From assembly GCA_030141605.1 (NCBI GenBank), contig JAQGDQ010000177.1:310001-374000 (forward strand): a stretch of DNA of 64,000 bases, in the 5' to 3' direction. This DNA is from Tubiluchus corallicola (Eukaryota; Animalia; Priapulida). A model generated the notes under the pieces. It saw nothing but the letters and a program-made list of their open reading frames with translations. It did no database searches and was not told the DNA's origin. Of this stretch, positions 1 through 39,680 are shown in pieces (within the stretch, counting starts at the first letter, position 1; each line of letters begins with the position of its first letter). A program made the translations under genes and the position numbers.

Positions 1-249
1 AACATTACTTTAACCTTGCTAAAAATAAACTAGTACCTAGAAGGGCCAGATACTATATTGACGTCATTTACTTACATCACGCTGTTAGAAAGAACAAAAG
101 TTCGCAGTATAACAGAAATGCTTGTGGTTTATGAAAGGATTATAAATACAGGTTTATTCTGTAATTTTTGTAAAATAATTAATTTTTTGATATCTTCAAA
201 CGAAAACGTAAGAGAAACTTTCCATTGCTGTGGCGGAAGTGCTGTTTCT

Positions 250-770
250 CCGCTTTGCTAAAATATACATGAAATGGAATTTGAACGCGGTATATGGTCA
301 CCTGGTAAGCTGCTAATCAAGTGTTACACCTGTTGTGGCGTGGCACTTGCAGTTAAAATCTTTGGTCATTGAAGAACGTTTGAACATAACAAAAACTGAT
401 TATCGATGCAAAAAAATGCAAAAACACTGTTTGTTAAAAGAAGTCTTCAAATCAGTGTATCATTAAAACCTCTCCCTACATAAACGAATTGTTCAAAATT
501 GCGAAACTCTAACTATAACTACTCCTTGCGAGGAGACCTGATGGTAAAAATCCCACTTGTAAGAACGGTAAAAAAGGTTTGCACTCGTTTATATATAAAG
601 GCTCAAAAGCGTGAAATGGCTTTAATTTGCCTCCCATGTGCTGATTTGAAATGATTCAAAGTGTAATTTTGCAATTTTTATCTGTTTTTATCATCATCGT
701 TTTAATGGTACGTTAACTTGCATGCTTGAATAAATGGTAATGGTACGTATGCTTGAATAAAAATAAATGA
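250..770 (+). mobile_element. Degraded 3' end of a CR1/L2-group LINE
   Basis: Translates to remnants such as NYNYSLRG..LMVKIPLVRT..GLHSFIYKGSKA, typical of the ORF2 C-terminus of this group; followed by AATAAA-rich tail at about 727-770. Boundaries approximate. Confidence 0.45.
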
Positions 771-1060
771 TCATATTTAGATTTCGCTCAATGCTTTTAC
801 ACACTTAGTGGAATGTAGTTATTTTAATTATCTGCTTTCAAACTTGTAAATGAAATCAGATACTTTATTTTTGCTTTTAACAATATTTTGTTTGTTGTTA
901 TTAGTTTTATAATAATTGTTGTAATTTTTCTTATGATAATACTTCTTATGTGAATGTTCCTGATGTACCTCAAAATCGACTTTAAATAAACTATTAACTT
1001 AGTTATTCAAGTTGAAATAACACACGTGAATGTACGATTAGTTTGATCGAGGTATAATTT

Positions 1061-1958
1061 GGAGTAATGTTTTCAGCATAACAGTTTAATTTCAACTGTT
1101 GACACATAATGTAGGAGAAAGTAGGCTTTTACACCTTCCTTCGAAAGCTATACTTTCGCCTTCTTTTCAATCCTGGAACAGAGGCACATTCTAAACAAGG
1201 TGGAAAAGGTGGTGTAGTGTTTTCAGCACGACAGTTTAATTTCAACTGTTGACACATAATATAGGAGAAATTAGGCTTTTACACCTTCCATAAAAAGCCA
1301 TACTTTCACCTTCTTTTTAATCCTGGAACAGGGCACATTCTAAACAAGGTGGAAAAGGTGGTGTAGTGTTTTCAGCACGACAGTTTAATTTCAACTGTTA
1401 ACACATAGTGTAGGAGAAATTAGGCTTTTACACCTTCCATAAAAAGCCATATTTTCACCTTCTTTTCAATCTTGGAACAGAGGCACATTCTAAACAATGT
1501 GGAAAAGGTGGTGTAGTGTTTTCAGCATGACAGTTTAATTTCAACTGTTCACACATAATGTAGGAGAAAGTAGGCTTTTACACCTTCCATCGAAAGCCAC
1601 ATGTTCACCTTCTTTTCAATCCTGGAACAGAGGCACATTCTAAACAATGTGGAAAAGGTGGTGTAGTGTTTTCAGCATGACAGTTTAATTTCAACTGTTC
1701 ACACATAATGCGGGAGAAAGTAGGCTTTTACACCTTCCATAAAAAGCCATATTTTCACCTTCTTTTCAATTCTGGAACAGAGGCACATTCTAAACAATGT
1801 GGAAAAGGTGGTGTAGTGTTTTCAGCATGACAGTTTAATTTCAACTGTTCACACATAATGTAGGAGAAAGTAGGCTTTTACACCTTCCATAAAAAGCCAT
1901 ATGTTCACCTTCTTTTCAATCCTAGAACAGAGGCACATTCTAAACAATATGGAAAAGG
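1061..1958. repeat. 150-bp minisatellite, about 6 tandem copies
   Basis: Motif TTTCAGCA recurs at about 1071, 1221, 1370, 1520, 1670 and 1820; copies differ by few substitutions. Confidence 0.95.
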
Positions 1959-2408
1959 CTGCATAACTATTGTTCTTTTTATTTTTTACGTATCAACAAT
2001 ATGCTGTCAACTGATTTCACTGTGCACTACGTAGTACAGCATGGCATATATAAACAGCATAAATACCACAAACATACCGTTCGATCTACATGAAATTTAA
2101 AGCACCTTTCTTTATATGTAAACAATATTTCCCAAACTGAACAAACGAAAGTTTCAGATCTTTCCGAGGCATGTCCCAAGCATGTACTCTAGGACAGAAT
2201 AATAACTGCTGACGTCACGCTTTTATTACAGCGTTGCCATAGCAATGCCCACATAAAACTTTTTATCAACCACTAGTGTATAAAGTACACCATCTAAACA
2301 TAGTTTGATACAATGGGTTAGACCAAGTTGACGGAACCTTATTGTGCTTCTTACGAGAGTTCGTCTTGTGTGAACAGAGAAAGTCCTGTCTAGTGTGAAT
2401 CGACCATC

Positions 2409-29618
<27,210 letters not shown>

Positions 29619-31142
29619 TACGCACTGTGTATTATAAATTTTAGTCATGATCACATTGCAAATAAAATTTTGCTGATTTTCGTTCTTTTTATATGATGTT
29701 GGCCGATAGATGGCGCTATACGTGTTAATTCTTTATCAATTATTGTGAAATTTGATTTGCTTGTGTTATTCCAGCAGGTGTTGTGTTAAATTATATGATG
29801 AGCAATTATTTTTTATGACAAATATGTTTGATTGTTTGGTGCTAAGTGACACCAAACTTTGAAGTTTATTTGTTTTGTTATTCAGACATTTTATTTTAGC
29901 TCACTACAGATGGCGCTGTGAGTCCGAGTAATGTTCAGTCGTGATGTTTGTTGTTGTGAAATTGTGATAATAGTTACTTTAAGTAAAAATTTAATGTTAC
30001 GCACTGCGTAGGCTGCTGGCTAGCTTACGCACGTCCTAACTCAGCGGTAGACGCATTTATTTTTGTTACATGTTTTGCAAATGCCCTGTAAACGCAATTT
30101 CAGAATTCGACGAGTCCAGTTGGTGATAAACTGTGATAAAGTGATTTTTAGAAAAAATGTGGTGTTTAGTTGGTGATTTTTACTCAAATGATTTATTTTA
30201 GTTTGCGATTTTCTTGTATAAATAAACTGAGTGATCTATGTAATTAATTTTGCTTGTTAGAGCGGCTTGTAACTGTGTCCTGATATTAGCTTTATTTATC
30301 ATCATTACACCCAAAGGCTGAATTACAACACAGTATAAATTACAAAATATAAAAATATTTCAAAAGAATAAGCAAAGTAGAACATAAAAGGACAATCAAT
30401 ATTAATAAATCAAAATGTTTCTAAACATATATATGGAAATTAAATAAACCATAATTGTGAGGCACTGTTAGGAGAATGAAAATTTATTTTATTATTAATT
30501 ATGGTTAATACTTTGACCATAGTAAAAAGTTGAGTTTTATCTATATAAAATTTGAATACAGTATAATTTACTTAATTGTAAATTAAATTAAAGTACAATT
30601 GCACAGTTATAAATTAAATTACAGTATAATCTAATTAATTATAATTTAAATTACAGTACAATTTATAATTAAAAATTAAGTTTCAATATAAATTACTTTC
30701 ATAATTCGTATCTGACAAGTAAAAACTCGCGTACAAGCAGAGACATAACTTAATGGTGCAGGTTAAACATTACCATTTTAAACTACATTTCCATCTACGA
30801 TGCTTTTTTCAACACTTGGCAAAGCTAGATTTACACTCGGTTGAAGTCCTCCATTAGAAATTCCTAATAGTTTAGAGCAAATTTTACTTAATTTCTCTTA
30901 TTTTTACGGAACTGGAAAATAAGCAGGCATATTTTAGAAATTAACATAGTGTCTGTTCGCACTGTAGCTACAAAAACAGCAAAAACAATAAAATCTTGCG
31001 TGATTGTACAAACCCACAGTTAATTAACATCGGAATTTCATTCACAAAATTGTGCTCTAGTGTGAACGTTCTTACACTGGAAATGTTGAACTTCGTTGAT
31101 TATTTATAAATAACGAACTCCGTACTGCCTTGATCACTGGGA

Positions 31143-31215
31143 ATACGGTGGGCTAATGGTTCAAGGAGTCTGTTTGTAAGCAGAAGGTCCCTAATTCAAA
31201 TCCACGTCATGTCCC
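31143..31215 (+). mobile_element. Degenerate tRNA-derived SINE head
   Basis: GGTGGGCTAATGGTT (A-box-like) and ATTCAAATCC (B-box-like) at tRNA-like spacing. Confidence 0.4.
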
Positions 31216-31659
31216 ACTTTGTTACATTTCCTAGCTTTCAACTTTAGCACTAAAAATTAATTACTTATGGTAGTATCATCATTAATATTAATAATAAGAG
31301 TCTTTACATTAAGATTAGAATAATTAAAATTTCGCGTATTGGGATCTAATGTAAGAAAGTTCGTCACATAGTTTTGAAACTTGAAAGTTACTGTCGAGAA
31401 CAAAACTAAAATTTCTTTTATTTTTCATTAATGCATTAAACTGAATGTTTTTATATAAAGTTTGTTCTCGAAAAGCATTATTAGTGTTTGATGTCCATTA
31501 CCGTGTCACCTGTATGTATTTATAAATGAAAGCAATAAACAAATGAGTTAAAACATCGTGACGTACTTATTTACATTTTCACTTCATAACATACAATCTG
31601 TAAATGAAAATGTGTAACTGTTAGTAGACGTCACAGCATATTACAATTCAATATTTAAT

Positions 31660-32345
31660 AATGGGAATTTCTATCCCGACACCTACAACGTCTTTATTAA
31701 GTTTAGAGATAGCTTTGCCTCTAAACGCGGGGAAAGACCTGCCTCATCAACTTTCACGGCCGTCAGGTCTTTCCCAACTAGTTATTTCATAAACATCATA
31801 AACCTAATAAAATCCCAGCCAGTGAAAGCTATTGTACGCAATGCGACCCAAACGAACAAGAAATAGAAGAGAAACGCATTTGTTCTTGCACTGTAGTAGA
31901 TATGAGCGACAAAGAAAAACTCTTTATACAGAAATTAGCTTTCTATATCCAATATCCAAACTTTACTTATTTATCAGATGATGACAAACTTAAATTATTA
32001 TTAGTCTCATGCGATTCTGAAATTCTCCAAATTGCTTGTAATTTTGTTTTAAAATGTTTCAGTTCTAGCATGTAATTACAATAAAAAAACGAACTATATG
32101 TATATATATATAACTAACATCACTTATCTAAATTAAATACTATATGTGTATGCAACTACAAATTTGTGTTTTTGTACATTATGTTGTATCATTGGGTTTA
32201 TACATCAAAGTTTGATGTTCTGTCTTTAGTTTAAATTATTTCCTGCCTCCTGCCTCGGACTTTATACCAGGCCTATTTATTGAACAGTTACACTGTTAAT
32301 GATGCGACAGGTTTCCTACATACACTTGTACAATAAAACTACATA
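31660..32345 (+). mobile_element. Degraded LINE 3' end
   Basis: CTQCD..E..HFVLHC-like knuckle remnant and YPNFTYLSDDDKLKLLL..NFVLKCF; AATAAA at about 32332. Confidence 0.7.
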
Positions 32346-32944
32346 AGTAATTATGTACTCTTTTTTAAGTACAGTTATTTATAGCGAGCAAATATTAATT
32401 TGTTTACTTCGGAAGTAAGTTTCCGACAGTAACCGCGCTAAGACAATCACTAACTTCCCTCGTTTTAAACTAACAATCTACAGTAGTATCACTGGTAGCT
32501 GTACCAAAGTAAATAATGCAACCTACACTCTACCCCATTCATAAGCTCGTTGACATAAGACAAAGGCTTTTGTTCAATGTTTCTTTTTATGAAAAAACAT
32601 AATTATTTACGAGAGGTTAATTTAAACATTCTTTATTGTAATTATAGATCATGCTGTAGTTCGACCGTGACTGTATTTGATGATTCGTGCTCCCAAAGTA
32701 ATACTCTGCCCTTTGTACTGAACAATTTAATTTTCTGATTATTAATATTGCGTTTTTTAATAACACTGTTGCGGCATATTCATCCATCAATTTGAAAAAT
32801 TATTCTGCTTAGATTATTAACATCTACATGAAATTAGTGCAGAACGCTGTGTTAAAATGCGAGTAATTTACCAGCTAGACTTGCCAGACGTAGATGATTT
32901 TCCCAGTCAAATGTGAATGTTTGTAGCATTAAATCTGGCACAGG

Positions 32945-33100
32945 TCAAATGTGACAATATTTCTTGTGACGTAGTTCACCCAAATGTGATAATACAATAT
33001 TTTTTGTGACATAGCTCACCCAAATGTGATAATACAATATTTCTCTTGTGATATAGCTCACCCAAATGTGATAATACAATATTTCTTGTGACATAGGTCA
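32945..33100. repeat. About 40-bp minisatellite, about 4 copies
   Basis: Unit CAAATGTGATAATACAATATTTCTTGTGACATAGCTCACC. Confidence 0.85.
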
Positions 33101-33261
33101 CATGTAGGTTAAGATGTATATATATATATATATATATATATTCAGTGTATATATATATATCTGTAAAGTTTTTATTCAGTGCTTACCTATGTATTTTAAT
33201 GGCAAAAAAGATTATATATATAATAAATTAGTTTATATATATATAATATAGTTGTTTCTTA

Positions 33262-34335
33262 CTAATAAACTAAACTAAACTAAGCTAGGCTATACTACAC
33301 TACACTACATTACACTACGCTACGCAACGCAATACAACACAACACAACACAACACAACACAACACAACACAACACAACACAACACAACACAACACAACAC
33401 TACACTACACTACACTACACTACACTACACTACACTACACTACACTACACTACACTACACTACACTACACTACACTACACTACACTACACTACACTACAG
33501 TACACTACACTACACTACAATTCATTAAACTATACACTAAACTAAACTGAACTGAACTGAACTGAACTGAACTGAACTGAACTGAACTGAACTGACCTGA
33601 CCTGACCTGACCGAAACGAAGCGAAGCGAAGCGAAGCTAAGCTAAGCTAAGCTAAGCTAAGCTAAGCTAAGCTAAGCTAAGCTAAGCTAAGCTAAGCTAA
33701 GCTAAGCTAAGCTAAGCTAAGCTAAGCTAAGCTAAGCTAAACTAAACTAAACTAAACTAAACTAAACTAAACTAAACTAAACTAAACTAAACTAAACTAA
33801 ACTAAACTAAACTAAACTATACTAAACCAAACCAAACCAAACCAAACCAAGCCAAGCTAAGCTAAACGAAGCTAAGCTAAGCTAAGCTAAGCCAATGAAA
33901 ACAAAGCCAAGCTAACACTACCCCACACTACACTGCACTACACCATATCACACTAGACTGTACTGCACTACACTGCACTGCACTACACTACACTACACTA
34001 CACTACACTACACTACACTACACTACACTACACAACACTACACTACACTACACTACACTACACTACACTACACTACACTACACTACACTACACTACACTA
34101 CACTACACTACACTACACTACACTACACTACACTACACTACACTACACTACACTACACTACACTACACTACACTACACTACACCACACCACACTACACTA
34201 TACTACACTGCACTACACCACACCACACCACACCAGACTACACTATGCTGCGCTGCGCTGCGTTGCACTGCACTGCACTGCACTGCACTGCACTACACCA
34301 AACCAAACCAAACCAAACCAAACTAAACTAAAGTA
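33262..34335. repeat. 1.07-kb compound pentanucleotide microsatellite
   Basis: Successive blocks of CAACA, CTACA, CTGAA, CTGAC, CGAAG, CTAAG, CTAAA, CCAAA, CTACA and CTGCA in a 5-bp period. Confidence 0.98.
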
Positions 34336-35107
34336 AAGTTTGTTACGAGCTTTAATAACGTTTCTAATACGTTTCCCAGCTTTAAATCAATTTTGCTGAG
34401 TTTAGATTTTATTTTATGCAGTTAATAACCTTTAAACATTCTGATCTGGAAAATATCAAACCGTTCGATACTTTTTGCCCTAAAATGCAAGAATAGCTCG
34501 ACCTTGATCGAAAACAACTATGATCATCTAAATAACATCTCTGTGCCAAAACAGTCAACGTAATCACAATAATTCTGTACTAGAACTGGCGTTAGATAAG
34601 CCAGCAATAATAAGCTTAGAACAAGGCTTATTATAGACCCACGTCATAATATAACCTACACACTGACGTGCACCGGAAGCCAAGTTGGCTGCATGCCAGC
34701 AATGTTTGTTCTACATTCGTTAAGATTACAATGTGAAAACATGGTTATTTTCGTCAGCTGACACAGTTTGAGATTAATATCGATGATGATAGTAGCACTA
34801 ATGACAATAACTGTGGCCAAATAGCTGCACATTGACGTAGGACTACCTATGATAGTCTAAGTCGTTATGGCATTGTGCCAGAAAGGTTTGGCCAGCATGA
34901 TGTAAATAGGACTATTTATTTAGAATAGAAAAACCGTTAGTTTATTTAGAATGCAAAAATATAGAACTATTTTTCGGAATTTCCAACCTGCTTCGCCAAA
35001 AATGCATCGCAGAGTTATAAAGTACTATACGCCTTTAAACTTGGAACTATACAAGAATAAACAGCAGACGTGTTTGTAGCATGTAAAATTGAAAAAGACG
35101 ATCGAAA

Positions 35108-35497
35108 AAACAGCTTGTGGTATGTTGGTAAAAGAAAGTGGTTTTTAATAAACTGTTTGTGGTGCGTTAGCAGAAAAGAGAGATTTGTAATAAATTGTTT
35201 GTAGTGTGCAGGCATAAGAAAAAAGATTTGTAATAAACAACTTGTGGTGTGCTGGCAGAACAGAAAGATTTGCAATAAACAACTTATGGTGTGTTGGCAG
35301 GAGAGAGAAATTTGTAATAAACGACTTGTGGTGCACTGCCAAGACAGAGAAATTGATAATAAACCGTTTGGCGTGCGTTAGCAAAAGAGTGAGGTTTCTA
35401 ATAAACAGTTTGTGGTGCGTTAGAAGAAGATAGAGATTTGTAACAGTCTATGGTGTGCTGCAGAAAAGATAGTTGGGTAATAAAGTGTTTGTGGTTA
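35108..35497. repeat. Diverged 42-bp minisatellite, about 9 copies
   Basis: Consensus near AAACAGTTTGTGGTGTGTTGGCAGAAAAGAGAGATTTGTAAT; yields 14-aa periodic ORFs. Confidence 0.9.
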
Positions 35498-35812
35498 CAT
35501 CACTAATGAAAAATTATATGAGATGATACGGCATTAAAAGAAAATAAATAAAATATTATGAGAATAAATCCATAACTTGAATTAACAGATTTAGCGACTG
35601 AAGTGTTTAGCAATGCCAACCTTGATTAGTAAATGAATGGGCGGCCACCTGCAGATTTAAGATTATGTGTACCCCAGCAATGTGACTTCAATACAACCGT
35701 CGCGTGATATGTGTGCAAAGCAAAGCCGTCTGCCGCATCAGTTCAGTAACTTTAGTTGCTTTACGTGGACTTTACTTAATTATGCATTAGTATATGAGCA
35801 GGGTGATTGCTA

Positions 35813-36238
35813 GTTCAACACTTTGGACGCCGGGATCGTGCAAGCAACCAGTGAGGTCAATAAGATTTTCACAGTTCCGGCGATTATGATGATCGTGAAA
35901 AGGTCAAAGGTTAAGAGAACTAGACAACGCATTTGTGCACACTTGACAACGCCCTGCAGCCCATGCTACTGTTATAGTACCAGTAATGGTAACAGTAATA
36001 GTGATTACTAGCAGGATCTTGCTTGGGAACAAGAAAAAATGAATTATGTAAGGTTCTAGTTAGCTGTTAAAACAATTACTATCTCAATAGCTTGGGCTGC
36101 AGGACGTTGTCAAGTGTACAAATGCGTTGTTTACTTCACTTAACCTTTGACCTTTTCACGATCATCACAATAGCCGGAACTGTCAAAAGGCTTATTGGCC
36201 TTATTGGTTGCACGATCCCGGCGCGCAAAATGTTGAAC
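35813..36238. mobile_element. Foldback or MITE-like element with about 150-bp inverted arms
   Basis: Arms at about 35813-35967 and 36088-36238; GATCGTGAAAAGGTCAAAGGTTAAG pairs with CTTAACCTTTGACCTTTTCACGATC; both strands give the same peptide TVPAI.MIVKRSKVK. Confidence 0.85.
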
Positions 36239-36800
36239 AGCGTTGAAGGAAAAACAGGAGAATGATATTGGGAATTTCGCGGAACTGCTAGCGGGATGCA
36301 ATAATTTCCAATTAAATTTACAGCTGAGAGCATAAAAGTTTCTTTACTACACTCATCAATTTCAGTCATACATTGTCACAATTTTTTTACCACAATTACT
36401 GAACGCTCTTTTATAACATGGTAACTTGATCAGCTGTGGAAGATGCAGTTTCTTAATCATTAAATTTAAATTGGAATTTCCCAGCATATTTAGACTGTAA
36501 ACAAAGACGTCTGGTGAAACAGGTAGGGGCGTCGAGATAATTAGAAAACTCGTTGTTGTCATGGTCAAGGTGGTTTAGTGCTAACATCTGATGGCAATTT
36601 TTGACGAAGACTTAAGCTGTTGTTGCAAGAGTCATAATTAGTTGCCGCCACCGTTGAAATGTTCATCACATGTCCTTCGTTGCTATCAGCAGCAGGATCG
36701 TCGTCGTGGCCACAGTCACCAAGATCGCAGTACCAGTGATATCATGATTAACTTATTATCAAAATCATCTTCAAGCAATATGGGACCTCGATTACTATTT

Positions 36801-36857
36801 TCATCGTCATCATCATCATCATCATCATGATTGTCGTCGTCGTCATCATCGTCATCG

Positions 36858-36888
<31 letters not shown>

Positions 36889-37081
36889 AATCGTCATCAT
36901 CATCATCTTCGTCGTCGTCGTCGTCATCATCATCATCATCGTCATCATCGTCATCATCGTCATCGTCATCATTATCATTATCATTATCATTATCATTATC
37001 ATTATCATTATCATTATCATTATCATTATCATTATCATTATCATTATCATTATCATTATCATTATCATTATCATTATCATT

Positions 37082-37150
<69 letters not shown>

Positions 37151-37200
37151 GTCGTCGTCATCGTCGTCGCCGTTTTCATCATCATCACCACCACCATCGT
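36801..37200. repeat. Compound (CAT)n/(CATTAT)n microsatellite
   Basis: Source of the poly-D, DN, MI and poly-I ORFs. Confidence 0.97.
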
Positions 37201-38696
37201 AACTGTCGTTATATTTGTTCTTCAAGAGGGGAACGTTGTTGCTTCTTAGCTGTCTATGGATTATTTCAAAAGTGTTAACTTAACTGCACTTTAGTTGAGC
37301 AGGAAAAGCTGCTTAGCTTCTAAGATCTTTATTGACAAATTCACAAATCGGCTGTTAGACAAAAGTGTTCACAGTGTCTCTGAGTGAGCCAATGGACAAA
37401 CAAACGTGTGAATGAATTAGTGAATGAATACAAGAACGAATGAATGGACGAATGAGCAAACGAACGAACGAACGAAAAAGCGGGCGAGCTAACGAACGAA
37501 AAAACGACGAATGAATGAACATTGTAATGACGATTGTCATTACTACGTCGTTTACCTTACACGAGCTCTCTGGAATACCTTATTAAATACGAGTCCATCA
37601 GCAGCTGTCCTCAGCTGCTTTTGTTGCTATGATACACTCTCATCTTAAACACTCCTATAACAGTTGGATTTGAAAACAAGCCCTTCCGGCCACTTTTTCC
37701 GGCTCTGGAACCCGCAGTTTCCGGAATGCTGTCGATATGTTACTTAGATACTTTCTTTGTCAGACTTCGTAGTTGGGAAAATTCCAGAGAAGCCTGTTGG
37801 GGATAGGACATTGACATGAAAATAAAATAGTTAAGTGTATATGAAAAAATCCACTTTACTCTTTCTCCTTTTCTGTTCGTCTGTCTGTCTGTCTGTCTGT
37901 CTTTTTGTCTGTCTACGTGCCTGCCTGTCTATCTGTCTGTCTGCCTGTCAGTCTGTTTATAAATCAGTCACTCATTCAAAGACAAAAGCAAGGACAAAGC
38001 CAGTCAGTCAGTCGCTCAGTTAGTCAGTCAGTCACTCAGTCAGACAGCTTCTTTCTCTCTCTTGCCCTCTCTCCTCTTCCCTTTTCTCTAGCTCTCTCTC
38101 CCTTTATTTGACTGTCCGTCCATCAGTTCAATCACACATTCGTTATTCCATCTATCTATTTATTTCAGCAATTCTCCCTCTCTTTTTCTTTTTGTGTTTG
38201 ATAGCCTATATATTAGTCTAAAGCTTCTTCCTGTTTTTCTTTCGGTTTTCGTTCACCTTCACCCTTGTTTTGTTTGCGCTCTTATTTTTCTAACTTTCTT
38301 AAGTTTGTTTAACAGCTTTTTATTTGCATTTTACTTGGCAGTACCTGTTGATGCTTGAACATGGCTTCCTGCAGTTAAACATGCCAAGATGGCTAACAAA
38401 GATGAACTTTTCAATATGGCTGACACTGACAAGGTTAGGTAATTAATTGCGCCGATAAATTACCTTGTTTGCCTAACGCAACAAACTACTTTGTTTGAAG
38501 AAACCGGCGTGTTCCATAATTTCAACAATGTTTCAGAAGCGAGACGATATCGAAAAGGAAATTATTATCATAAACGTGTACCCGTACAGTGTAAAGATTC
38601 GAAACAAAAATAAAATAACTATTATATCATTACCTACACTAACAAAACTAACAAAATCTGTTTTTAGCGAATAGTGTCCAGAATATAACGTAGATT

Positions 38697-39680
38697 CAAT
38701 TCAATTCAAGTTTTTATTTAGGTAACTAGAGACCACATAAAATACAAATGCAGTATTACAATGAAATAAAATACAGCGATTGCAGAGAACGATATTACAT
38801 TCATTTTGATTCAACAATAGCCCGACATAGAAGCAGTATGGTTATGCTAAATTTTCATAAATTTTGAATTGGTTACATAGTTAAGAAATAACCTAAAGTA
38901 AAAAAGAATACATTACGAGAAAATGGTGAAGGCAGCTAGATGTTAGAATTTTTTCTAGACACCAAAATTGGCGTAACATGATACAAAATCATGAAAAAGT
39001 TTCAACGAGGGTTGTTATACAAACCAAGAACATGCGTATTCTCACACGTCTCAGGGAAAAAAAGTTCAAATACGACTACGAGGCAACGCAAACTTTTAAC
39101 TGCTTTGTTAGGCCCAATCATGGATGAATCCAGTCGATGGAATAGCCACAAGATTGACTTCTCACACATTGTTGGCATCACGTAACATGAGAATGAATTT
39201 ACAGTATAATTGGGTTTGCAGCCGCTGATTAGTCCATCTCTATAAGCTGTCTCAACTTACCTATCAAACAAGAATTTCTGCAGCTGGTGGCAGATCCAGG
39301 ATCAGGGAGGTACTCTAAGAACACAGAATGCCGTAAACTTAACCCACGTTTTGCTGAATCCAACAACTCCAAGAATGTTTTTGAAAAGTCTTGATGAAGT
39401 TTGAAAATATTGGGTAGAATTGTTTTCGGATAGGTAATATCCGAATGTCTTAAGATATAAAACTTTCTCCGTAAATTTTTGCTTCCTGCTCTGCGGGTCT
39501 TCAAATAAATCAGACAAGTCTTGATTTCTGCGACGCAGTCGATATCTAATTATTTTCTTTTAATATTGAAATGCTTCAAAAGTAGGCCTAAGTCAAAGAT
39601 GGTTTTCACTAATGTCCAATGATTGAGGTGAAATAATTTTCTGTACTAATTCCAATTTTATGTTCTAATATTGATGCAGG
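38697..39680 (-). mobile_element. Probable degraded CR1-like LINE 3' end
   Basis: Minus-strand remnants IKLELVQK..LGL..RRRNQDLSDLF resemble CR1 LExVQ..LGL..RR..DL; AATAAA plus (TTGAA)n tail at about 38697-38720. Confidence 0.45.

Noticed and set aside
1061-1958. CRISPR-like regular repeats (also 32945-33100 and 35108-35497)
   Set aside because: Units are contiguous tandem copies without unique spacers, there are no cas genes, and the context is eukaryotic.
36716-37225. Asp/Asn-rich ORF resembling an acidic biomineralisation protein
   Set aside because: No ATG start or signal peptide, and it coincides with a compound (GAT)n microsatellite like others in the window.
38389-38433. MANKDELFNMADTDK followed by a GT donor, resembling the start of an EF-hand loop
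   Set aside because: No downstream exon completing the loop could be found; AAGATGGC-type motifs are common in noncoding DNA here.
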